Positions 36,964 to 47,911 of a stretch of 64,000 nt of DNA are shown in pieces (within the stretch, counting starts at the first letter, position 1; each line of letters begins with the position of its first letter). Location: the IMG/VR virus record IMGVR_UViG_3300034072_000578, positions 32,001-96,000 of that record; one strand, 5' to 3'. The notes below the pieces were generated by a model that saw nothing but the letters and a program-made list of their open reading frames with translations, did no database searches and was not told where the DNA came from. This DNA is from a virus. A program made the position numbers and the translations under genes.

Positions 36964-37578
36964 TTAGTGCGTCAAAACCGTTGCCTCTTCGCTCGCTTCG
37001 CCGCCTTCCTGCTGGCCCTCTTCCTTGTTTTCTTCGGAGTTGCCCGAAAGATGCTGACGGGCACCAGCCAGCGCTTCGGCGAGATTGTTGCTGGAATTCG
37101 CCGCAGCCGCACCAGACCGCGAGGTCGGAGTCTTGCGAACATGAGGCTCACCATCCGGCAGACGGGTGATATAGGCGAATTCGCCATCCTCATCCGAAAG
37201 CGTGTCGAACTTGCGTCCTGCCCATTCCCGGCCTGCCTGCGTCACGTTGTTGAGCTTCGTAACCACGCCCATCATGAACGAACGGAGGGGGTTCTTGCCG
37301 CCCTCGGCAGTCTTGGGGATCGCCACCTTGGCGGTCATGCCGACGTTCAGCAGAGCGATATCGGGGCTGATGGCGTTGAGGGCTTCCACAAGGCTCTTGC
37401 CACCCTGTGCGGCCTTATTGACCTTCTTACGGCGGAGTTCGTTGGGATCGAAGTTGGCGATGATGCCACCACGGGCAGCAGCTTCTGCCACTTCTGCCTT
37501 CACCAGCTTGCCACCGACACGGACCTTGCCGGCCTGATCGACGGTGAAACCGGCCTGTTCGATTGCTTCCTTGTTCAT
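36964..37578 (-). CDS. hypothetical protein with host-like codon usage
   Basis: 204 aa, GC-rich third positions, strong RBS, own promoter and terminator. Confidence 0.7.
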   Translation of the reverse strand: MNKEAIEQAGFTVDQAGKVRVGGKLVKAEVAEAAARGGIIANFDPNELRRKKVNKAAQGGKSLVEALNAISPDIALLNVGMTAKVAIPKTAEGGKNPLRSFMMGVVTKLNNVTQAGREWAGRKFDTLSDEDGEFAYITRLPDGEPHVRKTPTSRSGAAAANSSNNLAEALAGARQHLSGNSEENKEEGQQEGGEASEEATVLTH

Positions 37579-37634
37579 GTTGTCTTCCTTCCGACTGATG
37601 TTTGTGTTTTCGCCTTCTCAGTGGCGATGACTAT

Positions 37635-37663
37635 TAGCTAATGGCCTTAGATGATTCGTGCAA
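37635..37663 (-). promoter_or_regulatory. promoter TTGCAC-GAATCA...-TAGCTA
   Basis: 17-nt spacer with an upstream A tract. Confidence 0.6.
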
Positions 37664-37745
37664 GAGCTTTTTTCACTCTTACCAACTTTTTTTGTCGAAA
37701 CTTGTTCTCAGGGCTTCCCACCAGCATTTAATCTTAGATTATATC

Positions 37746-37845
37746 CTAGAATGCGTTTTAAGCCCTTCTCAGAGCTTTTTAAGGGCTTTAGGGTAGTTGG
37801 GTAGCCTAGAACGCACAAAAGCCCTCTAAGGGGCTTTAAATCGGC
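37746..37845. repeat. palindromic repeat element copy C
   Basis: GCGTTTTAAGCCCTT...AAGGGCTT, TAGGGTAG/GGGTAGCCTAG, AAAGCCC...GGGGCTTT. Confidence 0.5.
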
Positions 37846-37956
37846 TAATAATGAAAGATGGGTGTTGACCGGGCAGCTAGGTTTTCGGGTGGGGGTGGAT
37901 AACCCAGCTATGAGGGGGCTTCATTGCGTCGGAAGGACACACCCGGTCAACGCTTA

Positions 37957-37987
37957 TGTCTATGGGGTGATTCGCTGATTCGGTCAA
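37957..37987 (-). promoter_or_regulatory. promoter TTGACC-GAATCAGCGAATCA...-TAGACA
   Basis: Near-copy of the 34947 promoter. Confidence 0.65.
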
Positions 37988-38044
37988 GCGATATCTTTGA
38001 ACCAGAATAAAACGAAACCAGAAAGCCCGCTAACCTTATCTAAA

Positions 38045-38060
38045 TGTTTCACGTGGAACA
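38045..38060. promoter_or_regulatory. parS: parS site
   Basis: TGTTTCACGTGGAACA, a 15/16 match to the palindrome TGTTTCACGTGAAACA; intergenic. Confidence 0.8.
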
Positions 38061-38177
38061 CTCTAAGGTTAGATTAGGGAACCTTTAGAAGGCAAAATAA
38101 AAGCCCCGCATCCTTAGACGCGGGGCAACCTAATAACCATTCCTTAAGCTTCTTGATGATCCGCTTTAGCTTGCGCT

Positions 38178-38876
38178 TCATTCCAGATATCCTTTCACTT
38201 CCGACTCAACCCCCTTGCTGAGCTTCACCTTAGAACCTTCTTCATAGCCATGTCCAGCTATTTCTTGGCTTCCGGTGTAAAGGGCAATATCTTTCTTGCT
38301 GGTCTTTTGCCCTTTGGCTTTGGGCATTTCCCTAAGAATGATATCTTGTTTCAGCACAATAAGAGCGTTACCAGCTACTTCCTTTTCTGCAATCATTTTA
38401 ACTAGGGATTCATGAACCGCCACAAGGAACCCCAATTTAAAGTTATGCTTGATTTCATCACCCTTAACCCCATTGTTAATGAGCCGGTGATAAGCAACAG
38501 TCATGGGAAGCTTATGATAGCCGGTGATAAGGCTATCTGAAATGAGGTCATAAAGCCAGTTGGCATATTGAAGGTCTACGGGAAGACCGTAAAAGATGAT
38601 GTTTTTATTGTCTTCGCTTTTAACCGCATATGTATCGGTAAGCTTAGCAATGGCCTTACAGATAAGCTCCATCTTATCCGTCTCTTTGCGGGGCTTCTTA
38701 GTAAAGCTTTCAACCTTACTGGACTTAACTTCTAGGTCAGTCTCAGTGAGGCGATACTTTGCCATCATCTTTTCGAAAGCATTAGCAAACGCCATTGCCT
38801 CTTCGGGAGTTCCAGCGTTATTAGCCTTCGCTTTAATTGCGTTCAGCTTGCGGATGATGTCGTCCCGGTTGGTCAT
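38178..38876 (-). CDS. DUF2786-like protein
   Basis: N-terminal 'IIRKLNAIKAKA...TPEEAMAF...MMAKYRL'. Confidence 0.7.
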   Translation of the reverse strand: MTNRDDIIRKLNAIKAKANNAGTPEEAMAFANAFEKMMAKYRLTETDLEVKSSKVESFTKKPRKETDKMELICKAIAKLTDTYAVKSEDNKNIIFYGLPVDLQYANWLYDLISDSLITGYHKLPMTVAYHRLINNGVKGDEIKHNFKLGFLVAVHESLVKMIAEKEVAGNALIVLKQDIILREMPKAKGQKTSKKDIALYTGSQEIAGHGYEEGSKVKLSKGVESEVKGYLE

Positions 38877-39029
38877 GTTTGCTTCCTAGGTGATTCGTTG
38901 CTGTTGAGACTGGTTTAGGGGGTTATTGGGGTTAGTGCAAGTTTTTTCTTTTTGGTGTTGGATTGTGTGTGTCGCTAATCTAACCTAAGTGAGCTTTAAA
39001 TTTTTTAATCTTAACTTATAAAATCCTGC

Positions 39030-39240
39030 CGATCCAACCAACTCAAAAAACAAACTCAACTCTCCCTATCTATCCCTTTCCCTATATACAACCAAACCAA
39101 ATCAACTACCCTCAACTACCAAAACCCTCCCCTCTTCCCCTACCTTCTCCCTTTCCCTTTCTCTCCCCTATATACAACCCTTCCTTATGCTCTTCACGTA
39201 TGTAAAGCTTTATCCTATCGGCTCCTTACTTCCTTCACTA
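39030..39240. repeat. strand-asymmetric low-complexity tract
   Basis: Very G-poor top strand; CCCTATATACAACC occurs twice. Confidence 0.5.
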
Positions 39241-39540
39241 TATCGACGGATACAAACCGGACCTTATTAGGTTGACCGTCTATATATCTGTCTATTGCTT
39301 CTATTAGTTCCTTTCTTGCTTCTTCCCTTGTTTCGGCTTTCATCGTTACCGTGAATTTATGTTCGTTCATTAGAAAGGCCCTTCCTCAATGAGTTTCTTA
39401 ATCTTATACCTATGCAGTCTTGTTCGTGCTGCATTATGTTTTGCTTGGGCGATTTCGTTATCCCTATGTGTAACAACGACTCCGGCAATAAGTTTGCTTT
39501 CTTCGTTGTTCATATGTTTTGGGATTATTGGCATTGTCAT

Positions 39541-42500
39541 TTAATCTTGTCCTATTTGTTCATAGGGGATTTGGTTATCCGTAAAGAACTGTTTTATATA
39601 TTCCCTTGCTTCTTCGTCTTTCATGTGGAAGAGTTCGCTGGGGCTTTTGAAATAGTCAGGATAGCGATTGACGATTGCCTGCCCTAGCCTTTCATGGGGG
39701 CGGTTAGCAGGGTTAGCAAGCGCATAGATATCCTTGCGATACATTTGCTTTCTTATTGTCATTTGTTTTGCCCTGCTGCTACGGCTTCTTTTGCTACGGA
39801 CTTACATGCTTCGATGTTCCAGATTTCTTCCCTGCATATCTGGAACGCTTTCATATAATCATCATAGCCGGGTTTTCTGGCTTCGATGATTTTGTGTTCG
39901 ATGATCCGGTTGACGGTGATTTCCCTTTCGGAGGGGATGACAGAGCCGACCAGCGAGCCAAAGACAGCCGATAGACCTACGCAGCTAACAAAGAGGGTCT
40001 TTTCCTTCATGTCTACCTCACTCACAACGTTCTCTTGCTATTAGAACCAGCATTATTTATCTTCCGGCTGGAGGAATTCCAAAAACTCTTCTTCGTAATC
40101 GTTCCCTACATTCTCCGCCGTTAGGAACCAATCGTCATAAGCTTTGACGATATCCTCATCCGCATAGTTGCTCAGTTGCGGGAACTTAAAGCGAAGGTTA
40201 TTTACTAGGGCTTTATCCCTCACCTTCCGCTGTTCTTCCGTCAAAATACCGTCTACCATAGCTGCTACTCCCTAAAGAGCTTCTTAAAGAAACTATAAAA
40301 GAACGGGTAATTGATTGCTTGCGTTACCCCTTCATCTTTTAGTTTCTTATCTAGGATTTTCTGTTCGATGGCTTCATATCTGTTATGGGCTTTCCTACGC
40401 CAGATATCCGCATGATCCCTATCAATCTTACCCTCTTTTAGAAGCAATTCTATTGACTGGATATCTTCGCGGTAATCTCTTAGGTGCTTTGTGTCAGCAT
40501 CATAACGCGACTCAAGCCTAGCAGCTATGCGCTCTAGGCTCTTGTCTGATCTGACATTATTGGGGATGATACTACGGGCCATCTTATTTCCGGTAGCGTT
40601 CCTTGATCTGGTCGATAAGCTCAGGGTGATTGAGCCTAAAGTCTAGAACCTTCTGGATCAAGGCATTGTTCCGGCTTTGATGGAAAATGGGCTTTTCCGG
40701 GATGGGTGGGAACATGTTAGCCCGAACCCTCTTGCTGTTGTCGATGCGCAACGCTGGACCTGCATTAGCCATGACTTTAACCCTTCTTCTTTTTGATTAT
40801 GTTGTCAAATACGTGGTCGAATATTATCCAACCAATACAGGCAACAAATACAATGCTAACAATGTCGTCGGCATTGTAACCGATAACCTTAAGCAATAGG
40901 ATAAGACCTATTATCTCGAAATACTGTTTCATACCACAAGTGTCTTAGCGGTAAGGAACATGCTTTCGATTGCTTCCCTTTTTGGAAGGGTATTAAAGAA
41001 ATCCACTACCGAAGCGTTGCGGCTGTCAGAACCCAAAGCAATGGCGGAAGCTTCTGCCATGGCATTATATGCCTTGTTATTAGCTTCGCTAATGACGTAA
41101 TCATTAACGACCATTCCCTTCTGGTAATAGTCCTTAGCGACTCCCAAAGCATAGATGCCACAGCATCCAACCAGCTTGTCGCCCTCGAAAACACAAAAGC
41201 GAGTCGATGGGCGGACATTATCAAAGACCTTATTTGCCTGTTCAAGCAATGTCTTTGCGATAGCGCTGGTAAGGTTGCTAATATCGTCCATGTTAACCGT
41301 TCCTCTTACGCATGATGAATCGGGCTTCCACATAGGAAGCGAAGCGCTGGACAATGAAAGGGCGTTCCCCTTCCAGTTCCAAAGCCAGACAGTAAGGCTT
41401 GTTGTTAGCCTCTTCCGTCGTCACCGGATAAGCTGCGTAGCCGCTAATGTCGGTTACTTCGCTGTCTACTACGTGGAACATATTAGCCTTCCTTTAGAAT
41501 TAGCCCGATTCGATCGCCCTTTGCGTGGGCTTCGCTGATCCTTCTAAGCTTTTCCTGCAACCTGTCAAGCTCCTTACAAGCTCTTTCTACCGCTTCTAGT
41601 GATAGAATGTTGTGCGGGTTGTTCCTGTCAAAGCCCCTAAATATGTTATTAATATATGCCGGATGCTTTAGGCGCTTGCATCCTTTAATGAAGTTCCTAG
41701 GATCAGGCGGCATGGAATGAGTGCCAGTAACCCGGCCTACGTCATATTCCCCTTCCGGCCTGTCATAGCGCCAGATACCATCATCCCCTTTGACGCACTC
41801 ATAATAAGGCGTCCTGTTTTCTGCGATGATAGTAACTAGGTTTCCTTCTATCGTATGATAGGATTCGCCGACAATAAACATCGGCTCATATTTGCGTTCT
41901 TCTGTCACAGGCGAACCTTCACTAGAGTTATAATAAGCCACCCTTTATTAGATGGCTTATCGAATTCTAGATTTGGTAATATTGGGTCTTAAGTTCTTCC
42001 GGCACTTCGCCCTTTAGAAGTGCTTCCAATTGTTGTTGAGTTATCTTAGTGGGGCCACCATCCCAATCGTTTTTAAGATTAAGAACTACCACGCCGCCGC
42101 CAGTGGAAACAATATAGTCACCCCTAGTAATGTGATACGTCATCCCGTTCCAAACAGTCTGATCGCTGTAAGTCGAGAAATGATAATAAGGGAACCGTTC
42201 TTTAAGTTCCTTATATTTATCGATGGTCGCTTGAGTTTGTTTCACCTCAATTCGAACGGTGCCCTCATTCTTCCATTCGACTCGCCACTCCCATTCTTTC
42301 TTGACGGTAGCGTAAGCTTCTTTCGCCGCTGCGGTTTCTTCTGCCTCAGCGCGGGCAAGCTCCAGCTTCAAGACGCTGATTTGATTTTTGATCTGTTCGC
42401 TAGACTTGGGCATTTTTACTTCCTTATTCCCGCTTTAGAAAATGGGTTAAGCTGGATGGGGCAATTACCATGCTTCCATATGATGTTGCGCCATTGCTTA

Positions 42501-44508
42501 CCGGCTTTCAGCCATTGTTCGTAGGGGATATAACTAGCGTAGTCAATCCACAACTTACCGCCAATTAGCAGATAAGTTATTCCGCCATGAAATACCAGCA
42601 TCTATTTAACCCCACATTAAATAACGCGAATCACCCCGATTCGCTGCCCTTACGGGGTAACATAATCAGGGCCATATCGCGAACTATTTATTTTCTAGGA
42701 ACGGGATTAAATAGGGCACTAACCTTATCTGCCGACCCTCCCCGCCATGAACAGGGTCAGTTCACCCGGCTTGAAAAGTCTATATTGATTTCCAGCCGGT
42801 TCCCAAAATTGGAAGTCAGCCGGTTCCCAAAAGTAGCGGTTCTCAAGTCCCAATTTCCAGCGATCCAAAGTCACAACCTTGCCGGTTCTAAAGTGATGAT
42901 ACTGGAATGCTAGGACATAGCCTATCCGTTCGGGTAGAGCTTGCCGGATAACGCTACAACCCGCTGCTACTACGCTGTAGGGGAGAGTGATGATTTCACA
43001 GCCAAACCCACATGCCACTTGATCTTGGAAGATAATGTTGCAGTAGACGGTTCTTTCAGCTTGGCTATTGCTTCTTCTATCTTCCATTGTTCTACCTCGT
43101 CAGCATGGGTATAACTGCTGTCATGGCCTTTGTCGTAGAAAGCTACACTGCCGATCTTGTGGCGGTTTTTACTGTCTCTATAGAAAGTGTATTCGGCACC
43201 GGGCCATTTATTTACGTCATCTTCGTATATCTTAAAGGCCATGAAATCATCGCCTCTAAGAAAGTCTATCACCTTATATAGTTCACGGTTAGTTGGCACC
43301 CATGACTTGCCTTCCGCTATTAGCCTAATTAATGCTAAATTATGTAGATCGTGCGAAACCAAAATGCCAACTTTCCATTAACTATAATGCCAGAATATCA
43401 TTGACTATCAGTCAAAGAACAGGTGCTGGTTATTGTCTGGTGATGTAGGGGGCGACCAACCGTGTCTTACTTCTACAGGACTCATCGTGATAGTTGGCTG
43501 CGGACCATCGAAGGTTACGACGGCATTGGCGATCTGCTCTGCCTCATTAAGGGCTGCTCTTGTGGCCTTGCTCTTATAATCATCTTCTAGCTCTGGCTTG
43601 TAGAAACCCTCACCGGTCATTTCTTCTAGAAGCTGGTTTGAGAAGGGGTCTTTGTAGATTTCGCCTTCCCGTGAGTTCTCTAGATTTTTGTAATAGGTGG
43701 CAGCAGTGCGAATCAGCCTGATTTGTTTGTCGATCAAGGTTTCGCCGCTACTAAAAATGACCATAGATGCGGGGTTGAAGCCGAAACTATGGTCATAACG
43801 CTTTGCCATGCTGATTAATAATCCAGCAGTTAACGGTAAAATATTCATATTCCATAAACCTTTCATATATTTAACTTAACATTATATCGCTAAGTGTTTG
43901 TTTTATAACGATTTTATTATGTTAAGAAGTTAAGCCTTCTTCTTGGCCCACTTCTTATGAAGTTTACCGTCAGGCTTATACCATTCCACCTGAACGATAA
44001 TGCCACGGTTTACCATACTCACCCCGCGCTGATATTGGAACGTAGCGGCGGACAATGTCTGCCGCGCTTCGATGAAAGTCTTGTTGGGGTTCTCATGGAT
44101 GAACTTGACATGGTGAAGGCGCTCCTGCGCTTCCAGATGCTCCATAGCGTAGGCTTCAAGGCACATAGTTCGTTTTCCTTTCGTGTCTTTGTAGGCTGCA
44201 ACTTTGTCGGGATTAGCATCGCGCCATTCCTTGGACTTATCGCGAGAAGTTGCTACGTCTTTATGATAATAACGCATTCTCGCTTTACCCCTATTCTTCT
44301 TACCATTAGGGGTTTTATAGTAATCCTTAGCGTATTTTGCGATCTTATCTTTATTGCGTTGCCTATAAGCTCGGTCAACCTCTGCCTTATTCTTACGCTT
44401 TATTAGTTGTTCTACTCTATCAAGCTCTTCTTTTGTTAGCGCCCTAGTTTTGTTGATGACATTATATACTTCTATCATGCCATCATAATCTATAGCTTTA
44501 CCTGCCAT
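39541..44508 (-). CDS. run of ~13 hypothetical genes (e.g. 39541-39762, 39759-40025, 40053-40259, 40265-40582, 40584-40772, 40929-41291, 41293-41481, 41483-41941, 41967-42413, 42416-42601, 42970-43362, 43408-43866, 43930-44508)
   Basis: Co-oriented, closely spaced ORFs without recognisable motifs. Confidence 0.5.
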
Positions 44509-44569
44509 TCACTCCGAACCCCATCGTGGATATCAGCGATCATATGCAGATGGACGTGGAAATCAAGGG

Positions 44570-45016
44570 TTAATCTTCGATTCGCAGCAGCTTCACCCCA
44601 GATTCGGCGAAAAGCTGTTCCGAAAGGGCAATCTCATCCGCCCATCGCGTCAAAAGATCGTCAGATGCCGGGATTGTATAGACCGTCTTGATGCCATTAG
44701 ATATGATCTTTAATGCACACTTAGAACAAGGTGGATGCGTTACAACCATTCCATATCCGAAAGTGCATTCTCTCTTATGGTCTAATGCGTTGGCTTCTGC
44801 GTGGACGATACGGTCATATTTCCACTGGCGATCAGCTATCATTCTCTCTAGGTTATCTGGGATGCCCCTAGGAAGCCCGTTAAAGCCGCATGAGACGATG
44901 CTTTTGTCTGGGCGGTATATGATAGCACCGACTTTCGTAGAAGGGTCTAGGGAGCCTCTGGCGACCGCCAAGGCCACATTTGCGAAATAGTTCTGCCATT
45001 TACTATTCAACAACAT
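44570..45016 (-). CDS. dCMP deaminase
   Basis: 'KVGA', 'GFNG', 'VHAEANA', 'PCSKCA'. Confidence 0.9.
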   Translation of the reverse strand: MLLNSKWQNYFANVALAVARGSLDPSTKVGAIIYRPDKSIVSCGFNGLPRGIPDNLERMIADRQWKYDRIVHAEANALDHKRECTFGYGMVVTHPPCSKCALKIISNGIKTVYTIPASDDLLTRWADEIALSEQLFAESGVKLLRIED

Positions 45017-45461
45017 TTAATACCGCGAATTCTCCATGATGCTCTATGGCTGCAAGGTTGTATGCTTTTGCTGCATCCTTTGGGTCCGAATAATAACCCA
45101 GATGCTTTGTTTTCTTGTTATAAGTGATTTTAGCGCACCATCTATTGCGCTTCTTATCGAAATGGACACCCTTAAAGCCGCTAGTGTTCCTACTCGTTAT
45201 CCTAGTATTGTAGGCATTTTGGCCTATACTTGCGTTTCTAAGATTGGATAATCTATTATCTAGTCGGTTTCCGTTCTTATGGTCCGCCACACCCTTGTCT
45301 AAATTCAGAATGAAACGCTGCATCGTGATACGGCGTCCACATATTGTAGTCTGTGCGTAGCCATTCTCATCTATCCACCAAGAATAATAGGATAATAACG
45401 GATATAGCTCTTCATCAATTAGAATCGGTGTCCCATTAGTTGCCAGAATCTCATTCGTCAT
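45003..45461 (-). CDS. HNH-AP2 endonuclease
   Basis: 'DHKNGNRLDNRLSNLR' plus AP2-like 'SGFKGV...HLGYY...AAKAYN'. Confidence 0.9.
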   Translation of the reverse strand: MTNEILATNGTPILIDEELYPLLSYYSWWIDENGYAQTTICGRRITMQRFILNLDKGVADHKNGNRLDNRLSNLRNASIGQNAYNTRITSRNTSGFKGVHFDKKRNRWCAKITYNKKTKHLGYYSDPKDAAKAYNLAAIEHHGEFAVLNVVE

Positions 45462-45535
45462 AGGAGGGTTTCTCTTCTTTCTTCTTATTAGGGATAACTT
45501 GCTTCCTTTTGAAGCGGACTTCTACCGCAAAGGGA

Positions 45536-46466
45536 TTACGGGTCTTTCTTTTTGGTTCTTTCTTCATTGTAAACTCTTAGTCTTTCCATTCCTGCGGGTG
45601 CAATGAGCATGGAACCCCGGATATATACTTCCTTGTCCCAAACTCTTTCCGATCCAGATATCATTCTGATGTTCTCCACGCCGATGATTTCGGTTAGTAG
45701 CTTGTTCCATAGATCGCTACGGGTCCAAGTGATGTCCCTATAGACCCAACCGGGAGCTTCTAGTTGCTCTTGCATGGCTTCTTCGATGGCATTGTGCATA
45801 CTCATCATTAGTTCTTTATCATTCATTCTACACCTGTGAGGCTGATAGTTTCGACAAGAGTTTTTAGCGACTCTGAAATTTAGAGCCATTTCTTAAAAAC
45901 AGCCCAAATTACCCTTATTTAGCGTTTATTTGTAAACATTTATAAGGACGTTTGGGCTGTTTTTATTATAGTTGTATAAATGCGTTTTTAACGGATATTA
46001 ACTTTCTTCCTCGTCTTCGGGAAGCCAATCAACCCATTCTTCCGGCCATTTATAGGACGGTGACGTTAGATAACTTGCCATTTACAAAGTCTACCTTGAT
46101 TAAGCCAGCGTGATTATCTTTACCGGCGTTTCTTTTGGCATCCTCTGGAGTGTCATAATATGCCCCGGTAATATCGGTGTAAACGTTGGTATATTTGCTC
46201 ATCATCACCGGTGGTTCTACTAGGTCTAGCGGATGCTGCGAATGTTCATACTTGCCGGTAGTGGCGTTGTAGGCGGTAATAGCACCGCAATAATGACCTT
46301 CGTTATTGTAAGAGTAAGCAATCTCTTCATGGGCTTCATCACTGCCCCACTTCTTGCCGCTTTCTACTAGAGCGACAATTGGATAATCGCCTTTCTTAGT
46401 AGTGCAGATGATGCGGGCATTATGGCCGCTTACAGTTACATATTTCTTAGATGGATCAATCTTCAT
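45536..46466 (-). CDS. two hypothetical genes (45536-~45808, 46050-46466)
   Basis: Co-oriented ORFs. Confidence 0.5.
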
Positions 46467-46469
46467 ATA

Positions 46470-46955
46470 TTACCTTTCGTAAACGCGAAACTTCTGTGAA
46501 GCGAAATCCCAAGCAATGATCCGGCCCCCGCATGACAGATGGCTCTTACAAGCCTCGCGGACGGCCTCTACAGCCTCAACGCCGTTGTTTAGGTAGTGCT
46601 GGGCTATGTGCTGGCCCGATCCCCACGCAGCAGGCTCTGTGACCGTCGCAAACAGGCCGGTAGTCTCTAGCTCGATGCACCTGCCAGCTTTGTTAACCAG
46701 AATAGCGGTGGTGTCATACATACCCGGATAGTTGCTATCGTCGGGCGTTTCAAACGGCTCAAAACCGTTCTGCTCGATATGGGCGATCCATGGTTCGATA
46801 ACCATTACTGCCCCGCAAAATGCCCCTATGAACTTCCCTAGGGTTGGGTGGTTTACTTCTCTTAGTTTCCATTCCTTATCTGAAACTAAATTATCACCGA
46901 TAGTAGACCGACCATCGGCTACTAATAAGGTCTTATCCCAAGCAATTACTGTCAT
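46470..46955 (-). CDS. Ntn-hydrolase/HslV-like peptidase
   Basis: N-terminal Thr ('MTVIA...ADGR'), 'WGSG', 'AVEAV'. Confidence 0.7.
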   Translation of the reverse strand: MTVIAWDKTLLVADGRSTIGDNLVSDKEWKLREVNHPTLGKFIGAFCGAVMVIEPWIAHIEQNGFEPFETPDDSNYPGMYDTTAILVNKAGRCIELETTGLFATVTEPAAWGSGQHIAQHYLNNGVEAVEAVREACKSHLSCGGRIIAWDFASQKFRVYER

Positions 46956-47323
46956 TAATTCATTCCGTGTTTATCTGTAGTCCAAAAGGCTTGGCTAATT
47001 CCATATGCCTTTAAAGCCTTTCTACAACCATCACACGGTTTAGCAAGCGCTGGTGCCCCGTTTCTTGCCACTCTTGCTACAAAGATTGTCGATCCTCTTA
47101 GCTCATGTCTTTTCTTCGCTTTAAGAGCATTCTTAATAGCGTCTATTTCCGCATGTTTGCAGATGGCTAAAGGATGCGGGGAAAAGCGAGACTGTAAAGG
47201 ATCGGTCTTAAACGAATTTAGCCCGACGCTTATTACCTTTTTGCGTCGGGCTATAACCGCTGCCATTTTAGGCAGGTTTTCTACAGGATTAGCTCTGGCG
47301 ACCGCCAAGGCCATGTCGATCAT
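46955..47323 (-). CDS. second cytidine/adenosine deaminase-fold protein
   Basis: 'HAEIDAI' and 'AKPCDGC'. Confidence 0.8.
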   Translation of the reverse strand: MIDMALAVARANPVENLPKMAAVIARRKKVISVGLNSFKTDPLQSRFSPHPLAICKHAEIDAIKNALKAKKRHELRGSTIFVARVARNGAPALAKPCDGCRKALKAYGISQAFWTTDKHGMN

Positions 47324-47466
47324 GAACGCCCTCGTAAATGTCTGGGATATCGAAGGGAGCCAGCTTTACAGCGGCCCGATAAATCCAGTCATACAGCGCC
47401 CATGAACGAATATAAATAGCTTGTGGCAATAGTCTTACCAAGATTACTTCCAGAAGGAAGTAAGTA

Positions 47467-47784
47467 TTAAGCAGCAAGCTTGCTACCGCCATCATTATTA
47501 AGTCTGTCATTCACTCTAGTTACCCGTCCGTTTCTTGCCGTCCAGCTAGAGATAAACACTTGCTGGCTTTCGGTCTTTATTTCCCACATTACTTCCGGGT
47601 GTTGTTTACTAAGTCTCTCTAGTCTCAGCGCCAGATTGTGCTTGTTTACGTATTTCATATGATCGTCGGTAATATTACCGCTGCTATCGACATATGGTAG
47701 TTCCGCACGAAACATAAGATGGTAATATCTGTCCATCGTGGTAACGCTAGCAGGAACTGTTAATTTGTATTCTAGCAAACGCAT
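47467..47784 (-). CDS. hypothetical protein
   Basis: 105-aa ORF with GAGG RBS. Confidence 0.5.
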   Translation of the reverse strand: MRLLEYKLTVPASVTTMDRYYHLMFRAELPYVDSSGNITDDHMKYVNKHNLALRLERLSKQHPEVMWEIKTESQQVFISSWTARNGRVTRVNDRLNNDGGSKLAA

Positions 47785-47830
47785 TGTAAAACCTCAATAA
47801 AAAAGCCCGCCATTGAGGCGGGCTTATTGT

Positions 47831-47906
47831 TGGTGGGCGTGGTAGGGATCGAACCTACGACCTAGCCGTTATGAGCGACCAGCTACTACCACTGAGCTAC
47901 ACGCCC
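47831..47906 (-). tRNA. tRNA-Ile2/Met(CAT)
   Basis: Reverse-complement cloverleaf, loop CTCATAA, ACCA; followed by a terminator at 47800-47826. Confidence 0.88.
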
Positions 47907-47911
47907 ACTAA

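Noticed and set aside
41470-41481. Second parS (ACGTGGAACA)
   Set aside because: Half-site only, coinciding with the start codons of an ORF.
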